Virus record (IMG/VR): IMGVR_UViG_3300049434_000028
Location: 38,798 to 102,797 of that record
Direction: 5' to 3' (one strand)
Source of the DNA: a virus
Length of the DNA stretch: 64,000 bases
The number at the start of each line of letters is the position of its first letter. Positions within the stretch are counted from its first letter, which is position 1. Positions 36,829 through 45,759 of this stretch are shown here, one piece after another. Below the pieces are notes generated by a model. The model saw only the letters and a program-made list of their open reading frames with translations. It was not told the origin of the DNA and made no database searches. A program made the translations under genes and the position numbers.

Positions 36829-37443
36829 TTATCCCGCTCTCACGTATGAACAGTTAAGCCGGAGACTGGCTCCGGTGTCGATTTCCGATCCGCTATGCGC
36901 ATCCAGGATGGTGACCTGGCCACCCGAGTTGATGGTGAAACAGCCGCTCGTGTACCTCGCGGTGTAGATCCCCCACGTAGCGAAGTTGGGGGCGCAGGCT
37001 ACCGGGAGAGTGATCACCAGCGTGTCACCGATATTGCCCGACGACCCCGCCGTGATCGTGCTTCCCGTGCGGTTGGTCATGAGTTCGACGAACACGAACT
37101 TACCCATGAAGATGCGGTAGCGGAACCACGTCGCGGACCAACCCGCGGCGTTGGCGAAGCCGCCGCCAACCCAACCGGTATCGGACGAGACCGTGGCGAG
37201 AGTCGGGCCGATGTTCAGCGCGTTCAACGCGGTGACCGACGCCTGCAACGAGCCCGTGGTGACGCCGATGGACGCCACGGCTGCGGACAACGCGCTGGCC
37301 GAGTTAGCCGCAGTGGCAGCATTGGTGGTAGTGATCGCGGCGGCCGTCGCCTCGGCCAAGGACTGGAGCTGGGCGGGACCGTTCGGTGCCTCGCTGGAGA
37401 GCGGGTACGGGAGGTTGTACGGCGCGCCGGTAGTGGCTGGCAT
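36829..37443 (-). CDS. Tail-fibre/receptor-binding-like small protein
   Basis: MP.TT..YNLPYP..P.GP.QLQ.LA N-terminus; SDTGW..YR..LP..I...G.V C-terminus. Confidence 0.6.
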   Translation of the reverse strand: MPATTGAPYNLPYPLSSEAPNGPAQLQSLAEATAAAITTTNAATAANSASALSAAVASIGVTTGSLQASVTALNALNIGPTLATVSSDTGWVGGGFANAAGWSATWFRYRIFMGKFVFVELMTNRTGSTITAGSSGNIGDTLVITLPVACAPNFATWGIYTARYTSGCFTINSGGQVTILDAHSGSEIDTGASLRLNCSYVRAG

Positions 37444-37460
37444 TCAGTTCCTCGCTTCAG

Positions 37461-37733
37461 TCATGACTCGTCGGCCCACAGCTTGTCGCCTAGAGCGGCC
37501 TCGACGGGGCAGAGATGCGCGCCCCAGTTCAACGAGTCGAGCTGCGCGGCGCAGAGCACGCAGACGAGCGCCACTACACAGCGCAGGTGCGCGTAGGGCT
37601 GCTGGACGGTCCAACCGGGCACCAACGACTCCTGCGTGACGTCGTTGGGCAGGTCGCGGTTGGACGGCAGATCGTTGGCGTACACGCCCTGCCGAGTCGC
37701 CAGCTCGTCCCAGGCGATAGGCGCGCGGCGCAC
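37461..37733 (-). CDS. Hypothetical Cys/His protein
   Basis: CVLC..HLC. Confidence 0.5.
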   Translation of the reverse strand: MRRAPIAWDELATRQGVYANDLPSNRDLPNDVTQESLVPGWTVQQPYAHLRCVVALVCVLCAAQLDSLNWGAHLCPVEAALGDKLWADES

Positions 37734-37996
37734 TAGCCCGCGTCGGCGGCGGGCTCGGGGGCCTTGGCCGGAGGAGCCTCGATGTTGTCCGGCTTGTGCG
37801 CGGCGCAGAACGAGACCTTGTTGGCCACCTTGCCATCGGTCGTCACGATCGCGGGCTCGCCGCAGTTGCTGCAGCGCTCGCCACTACCTTCCGGCTCGGG
37901 CGCGGGGGTGGTGGGCTCGGGCGCTGCATTGGTCCTGGCCGCCATGATCGGCTCCTCTCGTGGGGAGCCCAGTCTCCCGCACGGCTGGCTGCTCAT
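37733..37996 (-). CDS. Small Zn-finger protein
   Basis: CSNC..FCAAH; start uncertain. Confidence 0.5.
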   Translation of the reverse strand: MSSQPCGRLGSPREEPIMAARTNAAPEPTTPAPEPEGSGERCSNCGEPAIVTTDGKVANKVSFCAAHKPDNIEAPPAKAPEPAADAG

Positions 37997-38005
37997 GCGG
38001 GAGGG

Positions 38006-38227
38006 CTAGACCGGCGCGCGGGAGTCGATCCAGCTCTCCTGCTTGAAGACCACCGGATCGTCCGCGGTGGCCTCCTCCTCCAACCAGTTCTGCAGACAGA
38101 TCAGGTCGCAGAACCGGAGCATGGTCCAGGGCTCGTTCGGCGGGGAGAGCTGCACGCGCAGATGCGGAGCGCGCAGGATGCCGCCGGTCTGGCACGCGGC
38201 GCAGTCCTCCTGGTGATCGGCCGTCAC
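38006..38227 (-). CDS. Small Zn-finger protein
   Basis: CAAC..FCDLIC. Confidence 0.5.
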   Translation of the reverse strand: MTADHQEDCAACQTGGILRAPHLRVQLSPPNEPWTMLRFCDLICLQNWLEEEATADDPVVFKQESWIDSRAPV

Positions 38228-38442
38228 GCTGCCGAATGCAAGGCGCGAGAGCTGGTGATCGAGAACCCCTCGGCCGCGAGCTGCGCTGCACAGATGGGGC
38301 AGCTCTCGACGAAGTGGACGGCGTTCCCCAGCGTCTGAATCGCGTGCCCATGAAGGCACGAGCCCTGCACAACCTCAACGTCGTCCATGCCGTCCAGAAT
38401 AGCGCCCGCTGGGTAACTCGCAAATGGATTCGTGAGATTCAT
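38224..38442 (-). CDS. Small Cys/His protein, leaderless
   Basis: CLHGH..CPIC; TACCCT-N6-ATG. Confidence 0.5.
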   Translation of the reverse strand: MNLTNPFASYPAGAILDGMDDVEVVQGSCLHGHAIQTLGNAVHFVESCPICAAQLAAEGFSITSSRALHSAA

Positions 38443-38591
38443 TGCGCCAGGGTAGAAGTACGGCCCCGCCGGGTAGCTCAGAGTTGCATCGCGCATACAC
38501 GGACCAGGTGAAACACGCGGGCGCAACGAGCCGCAGGAACGAGGCCGTACAGGCCGAGTCTCCTCTCTGGTAAGCCTTCGGGTCAAGTTAC

Positions 38592-38843
38592 TCAGAGGGG
38601 GTCCTGGTGTGGCGAAGAATACTCGACAACCTCGATTACCACGCACTTCTTTCGTGCGTCCCAGCGCAGGACGTCGCCAGGGCAGGCGAGCTGCACGGGC
38701 TCGCCCGGCCGGTTGAACAGACAGCCGACGTCGGTGCCCTGCATGCCTGCGCCGACGCCGCGGTAACCGTACTTCCTCAGCCACGCCGTCGTGGCGCGAG
38801 GCGAACCGCCTAGGGAGATGCGGTGCCGATCCGCCTTGGCCAT
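38592..38843 (-). CDS. Hypothetical protein
   Basis: PGDVLRWD; coupled. Confidence 0.45.
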   Translation of the reverse strand: MAKADRHRISLGGSPRATTAWLRKYGYRGVGAGMQGTDVGCLFNRPGEPVQLACPGDVLRWDARKKCVVIEVVEYSSPHQDPL

Positions 38844-39112
38844 CAGTACCCCCGGACGGTGTAGGTCTGGATCGCATGCCACGGGATGAGTACCGACAGG
38901 CCGCCATGGTTGACCCGGACGGCGAACGGCACGTTCCGGCCGCCAAGGAACACCTCCTCCAGTTCGCCGTGCCGGTCACCCCCACCCACGAGGTCGACGA
39001 ACACGTACTCCCCCTTCTTCCCGAACACGCGTGCAATGTCCTCTTCCAACCGGCTAGAACCAGTTGGCGCGACGTTGACGACGAGACCCTCATCTGTCAT
39101 TGCTTGCTCCAT
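38843..39112 (-). CDS. Hypothetical (Sm/LSm-like beta fold) protein
   Basis: G.L..V....VLIPWHAI pattern. Confidence 0.45.
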   Translation of the reverse strand: MEQAMTDEGLVVNVAPTGSSRLEEDIARVFGKKGEYVFVDLVGGGDRHGELEEVFLGGRNVPFAVRVNHGGLSVLIPWHAIQTYTVRGY

Positions 39113-39136
39113 TCATCAGTCGTTACGCTGCAGGGC

Positions 39137-39490
39137 ATGACCTGGTTCGGGAACCCATGGCCGATGTCCGAGTACCGCGCACCCGTGTGCGAGGAGGACA
39201 GCGAGCATGTCGAGACGCCAGTAGGCCTGCCGTGCGTGGAGTGCGACGAGCCCATCGCCGAAGGCGAAGACGGGGTCATGGTCGGTGTCGTGCACCTAGG
39301 TCCGCGTAAGTCCCACCACACGTTCCTCGGCGCGATCCACAAGGAGTGCATGCTTCTCGCGAGCGTGGGCCCGCTGGCGCACCTTGACAAGAAGTGCTGC
39401 TGCTACGGCGGGGACGGCCACGACTCCGGAATGACGATGCGTCAGGAATCACTAGCGGTCTACCGCCGGATCCACGCCTGCCTATCCTGA
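39137..39490 (+). CDS. Cys/His-rich hypothetical protein, leaderless
   Basis: TPVG.PC..C.EPI..G..HKEC..H..C.C; TACGCT-N7-ATG. Confidence 0.6.
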   Translation: MTWFGNPWPMSEYRAPVCEEDSEHVETPVGLPCVECDEPIAEGEDGVMVGVVHLGPRKSHHTFLGAIHKECMLLASVGPLAHLDKKCCCYGGDGHDSGMTMRQESLAVYRRIHACLS

Positions 39491-39763
39491 CGTCTCCCGT
39501 CCTTCCATCCGCGCGATCTTGCGATCCAGGTACCACCGCGCCTTCTTCAAGTCCTGCAGCGGGGTTCCCTTCTTCTTGTATCGCGCGATGTACTTGACGC
39601 AGTTGCCCAAGTGAAAGCCGAGTTCCCAGGCCTCGATCACCTTGATCGGCTCGTAATGATCGCCCCGCGCGTAGTGCGGCGGATGGTTGACCATGTCCGG
39701 CCCCGAGTCATCCCCGCAGAGCCCAAGCTCGCCCACAGTCGTCTCTTTCTCGTACGCGTTCAC
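39482..39763 (-). CDS. DUF3310 (T7 gp1.7-like nucleotide kinase domain)
   Basis: DMVNHPPHY..GNCVKYIAR..KG..QDLKKARWYL. Confidence 0.85.
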   Translation of the reverse strand: MNAYEKETTVGELGLCGDDSGPDMVNHPPHYARGDHYEPIKVIEAWELGFHLGNCVKYIARYKKKGTPLQDLKKARWYLDRKIARMEGRETSG

Positions 39764-40062
39764 GGCGTCTCCCAGACGTCGAAGGTGATCAGGTCCAGCA
39801 TCGCCGCCATCCGCAACGGCGTGATCTCGGGCATGTAGGCGTCGTAGTACCCACGACACACCGCGGGCGAGCGGGCATACGGCGTGTAGTCCAGGGTCTT
39901 GTGACACTGCAGCGCGGTGTCCCTCTTCCGGTTGGTCTCAACAAGATCGGCTAGACGCCCGTTCTGAAGATGCATCAGATTGCCAGCCCGGAACACGCAA
40001 GTGCTACAGCGTTCTGCCACGACGTGGATCCGGCCACCGTAGTACGGCCCCTGCTTCCTCAC
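39760..40062 (-). CDS. Cys-rich hypothetical protein
   Basis: CSTCVFR.GN..CHKT..CRG. Confidence 0.6.
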   Translation of the reverse strand: MRKQGPYYGGRIHVVAERCSTCVFRAGNLMHLQNGRLADLVETNRKRDTALQCHKTLDYTPYARSPAVCRGYYDAYMPEITPLRMAAMLDLITFDVWETP

Positions 40063-40063
40063 G

Positions 40064-40297
40064 TCAAAGTTCCTCGTACCGCGAAACGTTGCCGCGAGCG
40101 GCGTCGTAGAACCCTTGCTGGTAGCCCTCGCGCTCCGCGCCCGCGACACGATCCAGCCGAGTAGCCATCGACTCTGGCGACCAGTACTCGTTCTCGTTCA
40201 GCGCGCACCGAACGTTGCCTGGCTCGTGCTGGCCGCCGTAACCACAGGTGCAGCCGCACGTACATGTCTCGCAGTGCGGTCCGTGTTCAGCCATCAC
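40064..40297 (-). CDS. Small Cys/His protein
   Basis: CTCGCTCGYGGQHEP..C. Confidence 0.5.
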   Translation of the reverse strand: MMAEHGPHCETCTCGCTCGYGGQHEPGNVRCALNENEYWSPESMATRLDRVAGAEREGYQQGFYDAARGNVSRYEEL

Positions 40298-40539
40298 TCC
40301 ACCCCGTATGGGTTATAGCCAATGGCGCCATCACGAAGCGCGGCGCGCTGGCCAGCCTGATAGGCCCGATATAGCTCGGTTCTCAACGCGGGAGTCGGCT
40401 CGCCGTTGAACGCCGCAACTATTCGTGCGGCCAGCTCGCGGCTGTCAACCATGCCCACGAGCACGTCGCCGTTGGATGGCTCCTCTGCGTGCTGGATGTA
40501 CAGCGTGCGCCCGACCTTTCGTCCCTGACGTAGCCTCAC
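40294..40539 (-). CDS. Hypothetical protein
   Basis: R.GRKVGRTLY..G.VDS.ELA.RIV. Confidence 0.6.
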   Translation of the reverse strand: MRLRQGRKVGRTLYIQHAEEPSNGDVLVGMVDSRELAARIVAAFNGEPTPALRTELYRAYQAGQRAALRDGAIGYNPYGVE

Positions 40540-40764
40540 TTAAGCACTCCCAGCCGGAGCACCGCACCACGTACAGATGTAGCTGTTCTCGTTCTGCTGG
40601 ACCATTACGAGTCTGCAGACATAACAAAACGGCCCCCCGTGAACGGGGTCGTTGCGGTGCTTTCCGCAGAGGGGTCGCTTACACAGACCCGTCTTCACAT
40701 CCGTCCGAGGATCGAACTCGTGCGTCGGCGCAGCGAGCGAGGTCACCGCTTGTGAGTCAGTCAC
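40540..40764 (-). CDS. HCCH-module protein
   Basis: THEF..C..CG..DPVH plus a CxxC pair. Confidence 0.55.
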   Translation of the reverse strand: MTDSQAVTSLAAPTHEFDPRTDVKTGLCKRPLCGKHRNDPVHGGPFCYVCRLVMVQQNENSYICTWCGAPAGSA

Positions 40765-41113
40765 CGCAGGGCGTCCCGAACGCGCTGCTGCAGCCGTCGA
40801 CCTTGCCGCAGTACGGGCACCCGCTCGGGGGCGGCGACGTTACGGGCGCGTGGATCGGGTACGGTGCGGCACCTTCGCACTCGGTGCAGATAGCCGACGC
40901 GCCGAGCGCTGCAGCGGGTGGGATGCGCTGGAGCGTGTCCACGCGGAACCCACCTTGCATATGAACGAGCTTGCCACCATGCCCCAACCAGCAACCCTCG
41001 TGGTCTGGGTCAGCGCACCAGCCAGCGCCTCCGGCTACCCCCGTATCGCAGGGCCCTTGATGGGAAACACCGCGGGAGCACCCCTGTCCATGATGGGTCA
41101 CAGTGAAGTTCAT
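40757..41113 (-). CDS. Cys/His-rich protein
   Basis: CTEC..YPIH; CPYC. Confidence 0.5.
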   Translation of the reverse strand: MNFTVTHHGQGCSRGVSHQGPCDTGVAGGAGWCADPDHEGCWLGHGGKLVHMQGGFRVDTLQRIPPAAALGASAICTECEGAAPYPIHAPVTSPPPSGCPYCGKVDGCSSAFGTPCGD

Positions 41114-41898
41114 GACGCACCGTCCTGCGTGTCGGCGGGCCGGTGGATCGGGTGATCGGCGGGTTTGCCGCACCGGACCATGGGCCGGATAAGCGCGCTG
41201 CAATATCCGTACGGATCATCGGCACGCCGGTCGAACTCGTGCGTCGGCGCAGCAGGCGCCGCGTGGATCGGGTCTTGCGGCATCTCGCCGCACGCTGCAC
41301 AGCGGGCGCCGATGATGGCCATGCCGGGGATCCCCGCCGCAACGAACTCGTGCGTTGGGGGCGTCCAGTCGGTCGTCCACGGCGGCGTCGGCGCAGCGGG
41401 CTCTACGGGTACGGCTTGTCCTGGGTCTCCCCGCAGATGCACGTCCGCCGCCACGTCAGGTACGTCTCGCACCCCCGGGCGTAGGTCACGATGTGCTCCC
41501 ACGGACCGCTCCAGTCGTTCCACTGATGCAGGTGCATCTGAGCCTCCGTCAGCAGCGGGCTCGGGCACGGCGGCGTCCAGGGCGGCGCGCACTCGGCGGA
41601 CGAACGCCACAAGCACGCGCCCCGGAAACTCGTTGTCCACGACGTCGCACAGCGCCCGGACGGCGGCCACCTGCGCCTCGGCCTTCTCGACCCGAAGAAC
41701 ACACGCGTCGAAGACCCGGTGCCCTATGTCGTCCACCTCGGCGGTCAGGCGCGCGGCCTCGGCCCGCGCCGCGTCGAGCAGTCGTAGTGCAGCCCGGAGG
41801 TAGGCGCGTTCCTCGGCCTTGCCTGCCCAGGCGTGATCGTTGTCGGCCTTCCATCGGAGATGCTCCTCATCCGTGTTCAAGCACGGCTGGTCCGTCAC
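41110..41898 (-). CDS. Coiled-coil protein with two C-terminal HCCH modules
   Basis: AEAQVAAVRALC; two THEF..CG.P..PIH units. Confidence 0.55.
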   Translation of the reverse strand: MTDQPCLNTDEEHLRWKADNDHAWAGKAEERAYLRAALRLLDAARAEAARLTAEVDDIGHRVFDACVLRVEKAEAQVAAVRALCDVVDNEFPGRVLVAFVRRVRAALDAAVPEPAADGGSDAPASVERLERSVGAHRDLRPGVRDVPDVAADVHLRGDPGQAVPVEPAAPTPPWTTDWTPPTHEFVAAGIPGMAIIGARCAACGEMPQDPIHAAPAAPTHEFDRRADDPYGYCSALIRPMVRCGKPADHPIHRPADTQDGAS

Positions 41899-42392
41899 TT
41901 CCCACCGCCCAGGGCCGCCCGGACTCGACCGGCCGCGTAGGGGCGAGCAATGTCCCCGGGCTGACTGCGCTCCCATTCATCGCAGAGTGCCAGCGCAGCG
42001 GCGATCCGCGCCTCGGCCGCCTCGGCCCGCTCGGCGTGGAACACGGCCGTGTCGTGGACCGCGTTGTTGTCGTCGCGCATCATGCCGATGAGGACGTCCT
42101 TCTCGGCGTTCTCCGTCATGAGGTTCGAGCAGTCGATCTCGCGCAGCCGCGCCTGCTCGGTCAGGCGCGCGACCTCGGCGATGCACGCTTCCCACTTCGG
42201 CACGCCGAGCGGGCCCGGCTGCCCAAGCGCGCGCCAGACGCTCTCCCAGCCGTTGAGTGCGGCCAGCGCTTCTGCCTTCCAACGCCGAGCTGCGTCCAGG
42301 GCGGCGCACAGGGCGAGGATCGTCCGGTCCTTATCCTGAACGGCGCTCCGTTCGAAGTTCCAGCGCACAGCGGCGGTGTCTATCTCATCCAT
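41895..42392 (-). CDS. Coiled-coil hypothetical protein
   Basis: WKAEA..L..W; AEAAEARIAAALALC. Confidence 0.6.
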   Translation of the reverse strand: MDEIDTAAVRWNFERSAVQDKDRTILALCAALDAARRWKAEALAALNGWESVWRALGQPGPLGVPKWEACIAEVARLTEQARLREIDCSNLMTENAEKDVLIGMMRDDNNAVHDTAVFHAERAEAAEARIAAALALCDEWERSQPGDIARPYAAGRVRAALGGGK

Positions 42393-42543
42393 CGGTGCTC
42401 ACCAGGATGTCCACCGGACACCAGCCCTTCCCACAGTTGTCGTCACAAGAACAAACAGCATCGGCTACATGCATGCTCATGCACCACGCGCACGTCTTGA
42501 TGGCCGGAGGCGGCGTCTCCAGTCGTTCGGGAGTGTGATTCAT
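42385..42543 (-). CDS. 52-aa Cys-rich peptide, leaderless (not in ORF track)
   Basis: MNHTP..CAWC..H..CSCDDNCG..WCP; CACGCT-N6-ATG. Confidence 0.45.
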   Translation of the reverse strand: MNHTPERLETPPPAIKTCAWCMSMHVADAVCSCDDNCGKGWCPVDILVSTDG

Positions 42544-42624
42544 GCCCTCAGCGTGTCACGCAGAAGTCGCAGAATCGCCCAAGGCAGCAGCCGCGTCCAT
42601 CGGCGGGTTCGGGCGGAAGCTCGG

Positions 42625-42858
42625 TCACGGATTCGCCTTGCGCGGTGCGCGCGAGCCCGCGGGCACGGTGGCCAAATGCGAGTACCAGGAATTGATCGTC
42701 TGAGTCAGCGTGGGAGCAGAATCGAACGCCTTCTCCCAGCCGCAGCTACAGACCAACAAAGTGCGGATGTCGTCATCAACGCGGCTAGGCATGACCAACG
42801 AGGTATGACCGTCCAGCCAGTCGACCTCTATCTCCGCATAGTACTTCTTGCCCGGCAC
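42625..42858 (-). CDS. Small Zn-binding protein
   Basis: GH..CSCGW..HL. Confidence 0.5.
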   Translation of the reverse strand: MPGKKYYAEIEVDWLDGHTSLVMPSRVDDDIRTLLVCSCGWEKAFDSAPTLTQTINSWYSHLATVPAGSRAPRKANP

Positions 42859-42859
42859 G

Positions 42860-43231
42860 TCAGACCTTCTTCCCGCCGTCGTACGCCACCGCGAATCCCT
42901 CGGTGACCATGCGCTGGTTGACGTCGCCGACGGAGTCGTTGAACAGCACCGCCAGCCAGCGGCCGTACTTGTCGCCAGGATCCTTGAAGGTGTGGATCGT
43001 CAACGGTTCGGGCACGGCGGCTGGGACGCCAGGATGGATTCCGAGCAGATCGCTGAGGTGAACGCGGGCGGTCTTGCCCTCGAAGGTGCTCAGCTCGGGA
43101 GCGTTGATTCCGTAGAGCCGCGCAGCGATCCGTACGGTGACGTGGAAGCCGAGGTCGACGTCCAAGGTCACGGTGTCGCCGTCATGTACCGAGACCAGCA
43201 CGGCCTTGTAGATGTAGCTCGGCTCGATCAT
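42860..43231 (-). CDS. Staphylococcal nuclease (SNase/thermonuclease)
   Basis: VHDGDT..DLGF..RLYGINAPE..DKYGRWLA..VN..MV.EG.A..Y.GG. Confidence 0.9.
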   Translation of the reverse strand: MIEPSYIYKAVLVSVHDGDTVTLDVDLGFHVTVRIAARLYGINAPELSTFEGKTARVHLSDLLGIHPGVPAAVPEPLTIHTFKDPGDKYGRWLAVLFNDSVGDVNQRMVTEGFAVAYDGGKKV

Positions 43232-43437
43232 GGCTGCACCACGAGCAGGAACTCACCCAGTGCGCGAGTGCAGGGAGGGCACAGGATCTGCCGCGTGCCG
43301 TCGTTCAGATCGGCCAGCGGCGGCTGCACTCGCGCTACAGCAGACCAGCCCTCCGGCTGATCCGTAGCCGGGGATACGACGAGCGTGTGGGTGTTGCAGC
43401 GGTCGCAGACGAAGACGCACTCTATCCAGCTACCCAT
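43228..43437 (-). CDS. Small Zn-ribbon protein
   Basis: CDRC..PEGW..LCPPC. Confidence 0.6.
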   Translation of the reverse strand: MGSWIECVFVCDRCNTHTLVVSPATDQPEGWSAVARVQPPLADLNDGTRQILCPPCTRALGEFLLVVQP

Positions 43438-43700
43438 GGTTTGCTCCGATGATCTGGTCCGTGTCGTGGTGCGAAGTATGCCGGACGGAGCGCACCAAAG
43501 GCCAGGGCGCTCTTCCGCAGGCGGTGTGAACACAGCCGGGCTGGCACCCTGGCGCGTGTCTCCTTGCCTGCGTCCCCGCTAGGCCCTCACGCGAATACAA
43601 CGCTGCGGGCTGTACAACCTGCGGCGAAGCTCAACGTCTATTGGGCCGGTGTGCATGCGGCCGTCCGTGCGGGCGAGGTTACACGGTTGAGCGGGTGTGT

Positions 43701-43925
43701 CTACCGGATCGTCGCGCACTCGACGACCTCGCGGGTCTGCGTCACCTGGACGATGCGGATCGGCGGCGGGAGAACGTGCGAGACCGTGACCGCCTGCTTC
43801 CACGAATCCTGCGACGCATTCTGGGTACGGAACCACAGCGTCCAGACGCCGTCGGTCTGGGCATGTACCTCGAAGAAGGTGCGCGTCCCGGCGTCCTGTA
43901 CGGCGCGCCCGATCACGGCATACAT
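43701..43925 (-). CDS. Hypothetical protein
   Basis: Most protein-like frame at this position. Confidence 0.35.
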   Translation of the reverse strand: MYAVIGRAVQDAGTRTFFEVHAQTDGVWTLWFRTQNASQDSWKQAVTVSHVLPPPIRIVQVTQTREVVECATIR

Positions 43926-44083
43926 CCGTACAGGCAGGGCGTGCAGAGTTCGGGACTGGACAGCACCATCGGATCCGCGTCATTGCTGCACGTCTCCTCG
44001 CCGGACGCCGGAAGGTGCAGCTCCGGCGGGCATGCACAGATGTAGGTAGGTGCGGAGCTGGAGGGCTGGGGCGAAGGCGTCAT
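43913..44083 (-). CDS. Small Cys-rich protein, leaderless
   Basis: TACGCT (44090-44095)-N6-ATG; CAC..H..C..CTPC. Confidence 0.45.
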   Translation of the reverse strand: MTPSPQPSSSAPTYICACPPELHLPASGEETCSNDADPMVLSSPELCTPCLYGCMP

Positions 44084-44099
44084 GGCCGAAGCGTACCGG

Positions 44100-45030
44100 A
44101 ACGAGAGGTACGGATCTGGCCGGAGCGGGGGCTGCATACATGCACTGGTTGCCATTACCGCGCCAATGGCCTTGACTGCACCTTGACATGACGCTCCCAT
44201 CCCCTGCAACAGCTTCCAGCTACATGCATGTACTTGATGCATCTATGCGCCCCACTGCCACTACATGCGCGTAGGAGGCTCCAGCAATCCGCCACTATGA
44301 CACTACATACGTGCACCCCCTCCAGCAATTTGGATGGCCGGGCGGCTCCACCCCCGCGCGCGTGAATAAGGATGGGGGGGTCGGAATGTGCATGCATGAA
44401 TGCACCATTGCATTCGTGGTTACGCGCCGATGCGTGTGTTTACGAAGCGTGCGCGCTAGCTGCAGGTAGCACCGATGCACGCTTGGTGGGTGCGCACGCA
44501 CGATAATGCCGGTTATCCACCACCGTACATACCGGACATCCTCGCATTGGTGCAGGCCAGGAGCCATGCACGTAGCGTAGCTGGAGCAGGGCGGCTGCAT
44601 GCACGTACGCAGCGTGAGCTAGCACGCACACGTAATAGGCGCGCACGCTAGTTCGTTTACGGTGCGTATTGGGCCGGGCATTGGTGCACGCATGGTGCTA
44701 ACTCATAAGCGAATGCGCGCACACGCATAGGTCACGACCGCGAATGCGTGCATGAATTGGTGCACCGCCGCCTGCGCATACTGCCCTGCATAGGTATGCG
44801 CATGTGTAGGGGTGCTGCCCGGCACAGGGACCATTGCTGCATGCTGCGTTACCCGCACACACGCAATGGCGCTACATGGAGTAGCTCAGTCCCTTGGGGC
44901 GTCCTATGCGCAGTCGCTCTATAGCTCTATGGCTTACAGCAGTACGAACGCCATCAGCGCCGAAATTTGCTCCAAAGCAAGCGTGCAGCAGGGCGTGTGC
45001 ACAGCGCCTGGAGCGCGGGTCGTCCTGGCA
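44100..45030. other. Long non-coding TGCA/alternating purine-pyrimidine-rich region at a transcriptional divergence (candidate pac/terminus/origin)
   Basis: About 24 TGCA in ~870 bp; ATTGGTGCA x3; CTCCAGCAAT x2; C5/G7 tracts; lower GC than flanks. Confidence 0.55.
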
Positions 45031-45044
45031 GTACTCTTCTGGGT

Positions 45045-45434
45045 ATGACCGATGAGAACGTCTCAGCGCCCAAAATCGACCCAACGCCGCGCGAGCAGGG
45101 TGACAAGCCGCGCGCACGCAACTGGAAGGACGTCAAGGCCGACGCCATCGAGCAGGGCTTGACCACCCAGGAACGCATCGACGCCGCCAAGGAGCGGATA
45201 CAGCACGCATTATGGCCAGGGCCGGTCACGAGCGTCTGGTACACGACGCACGAGTTCAAGCCCTGTACCGCACCGGATCTGCACGAGGGGGGCCATGGTC
45301 CTACCGGCCCGGAGTGCGTGGCGCTGGCAGGAGACGGCGGTCCATGGGGCTGTTGCCGTCCCCAGGATCACCCGGTGCACGGTGGCTACCCTGCGCCCAA
45401 AACCTGCACCGACGTACCGTGCGTCCATGACTGA
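45045..45434 (+). CDS. Protein with C-terminal HCCH module, leaderless
   Basis: TACTCT-N7-ATG; THEF..C..CC.PQDHPVH. Confidence 0.55.
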   Translation: MTDENVSAPKIDPTPREQGDKPRARNWKDVKADAIEQGLTTQERIDAAKERIQHALWPGPVTSVWYTTHEFKPCTAPDLHEGGHGPTGPECVALAGDGGPWGCCRPQDHPVHGGYPAPKTCTDVPCVHD

Positions 45435-45759
45435 TCGCCTGCCGCACGTATTCGTAGCCGCCGAACTCGACCCGACGCGCTGCATGCACCCCGTCGATGG
45501 GCCGCTGCCCTGCTGGTTGCCTGCATCCGATCGCATCCACATCGCCGCCCAGGGTGCGTGCGGGATGGTTCGCTCCGACGGCGCTCTGTGCGACAAGCCG
45601 CAGGGGCACACAGAGCTTTGTGGCTGCCCGCAATCCTGCGAGGCGTGCAAGGTCGTGGATTGGGTGCGCGCGTACCTCGGCATGCTGCTGTGTCCGTGGC
45701 AGGTAGGCATGCTGCACGACGTCGTCAAGCACACCTGTGATCACCCTAGGAAGGCCTAG
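45427..45759 (+). CDS. HCCH-module Cys/His protein
   Basis: PHVF..C..C.LPASDRIH; CG..LC.KP.GH. Confidence 0.55.
   Translation: MTDRLPHVFVAAELDPTRCMHPVDGPLPCWLPASDRIHIAAQGACGMVRSDGALCDKPQGHTELCGCPQSCEACKVVDWVRAYLGMLLCPWQVGMLHDVVKHTCDHPRKA

Noticed and set aside
38467-38540. tRNA-like start GCCGGGTAGCTCAG
   Set aside because: No matching D-stem 3' strand, anticodon arm, GTTCRA T-loop or acceptor complement
42405-42422. TGTCC-ACC-GGACA palindrome resembling the promoter operator
   Set aside because: Lies inside the small Cys-rich ORF 42385..42543 and has no adjacent -10
44513-44521. DnaA-box-like TTATCCACC
   Set aside because: A single 8/9 match with no cluster; insufficient to call a DnaA-dependent origin
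44155-45259. Short ORFs in the TGCA-rich region
   Set aside because: Cys/Met/His/Ala bias simply mirrors the TGCA repeats; no RBS and no typical codon usage
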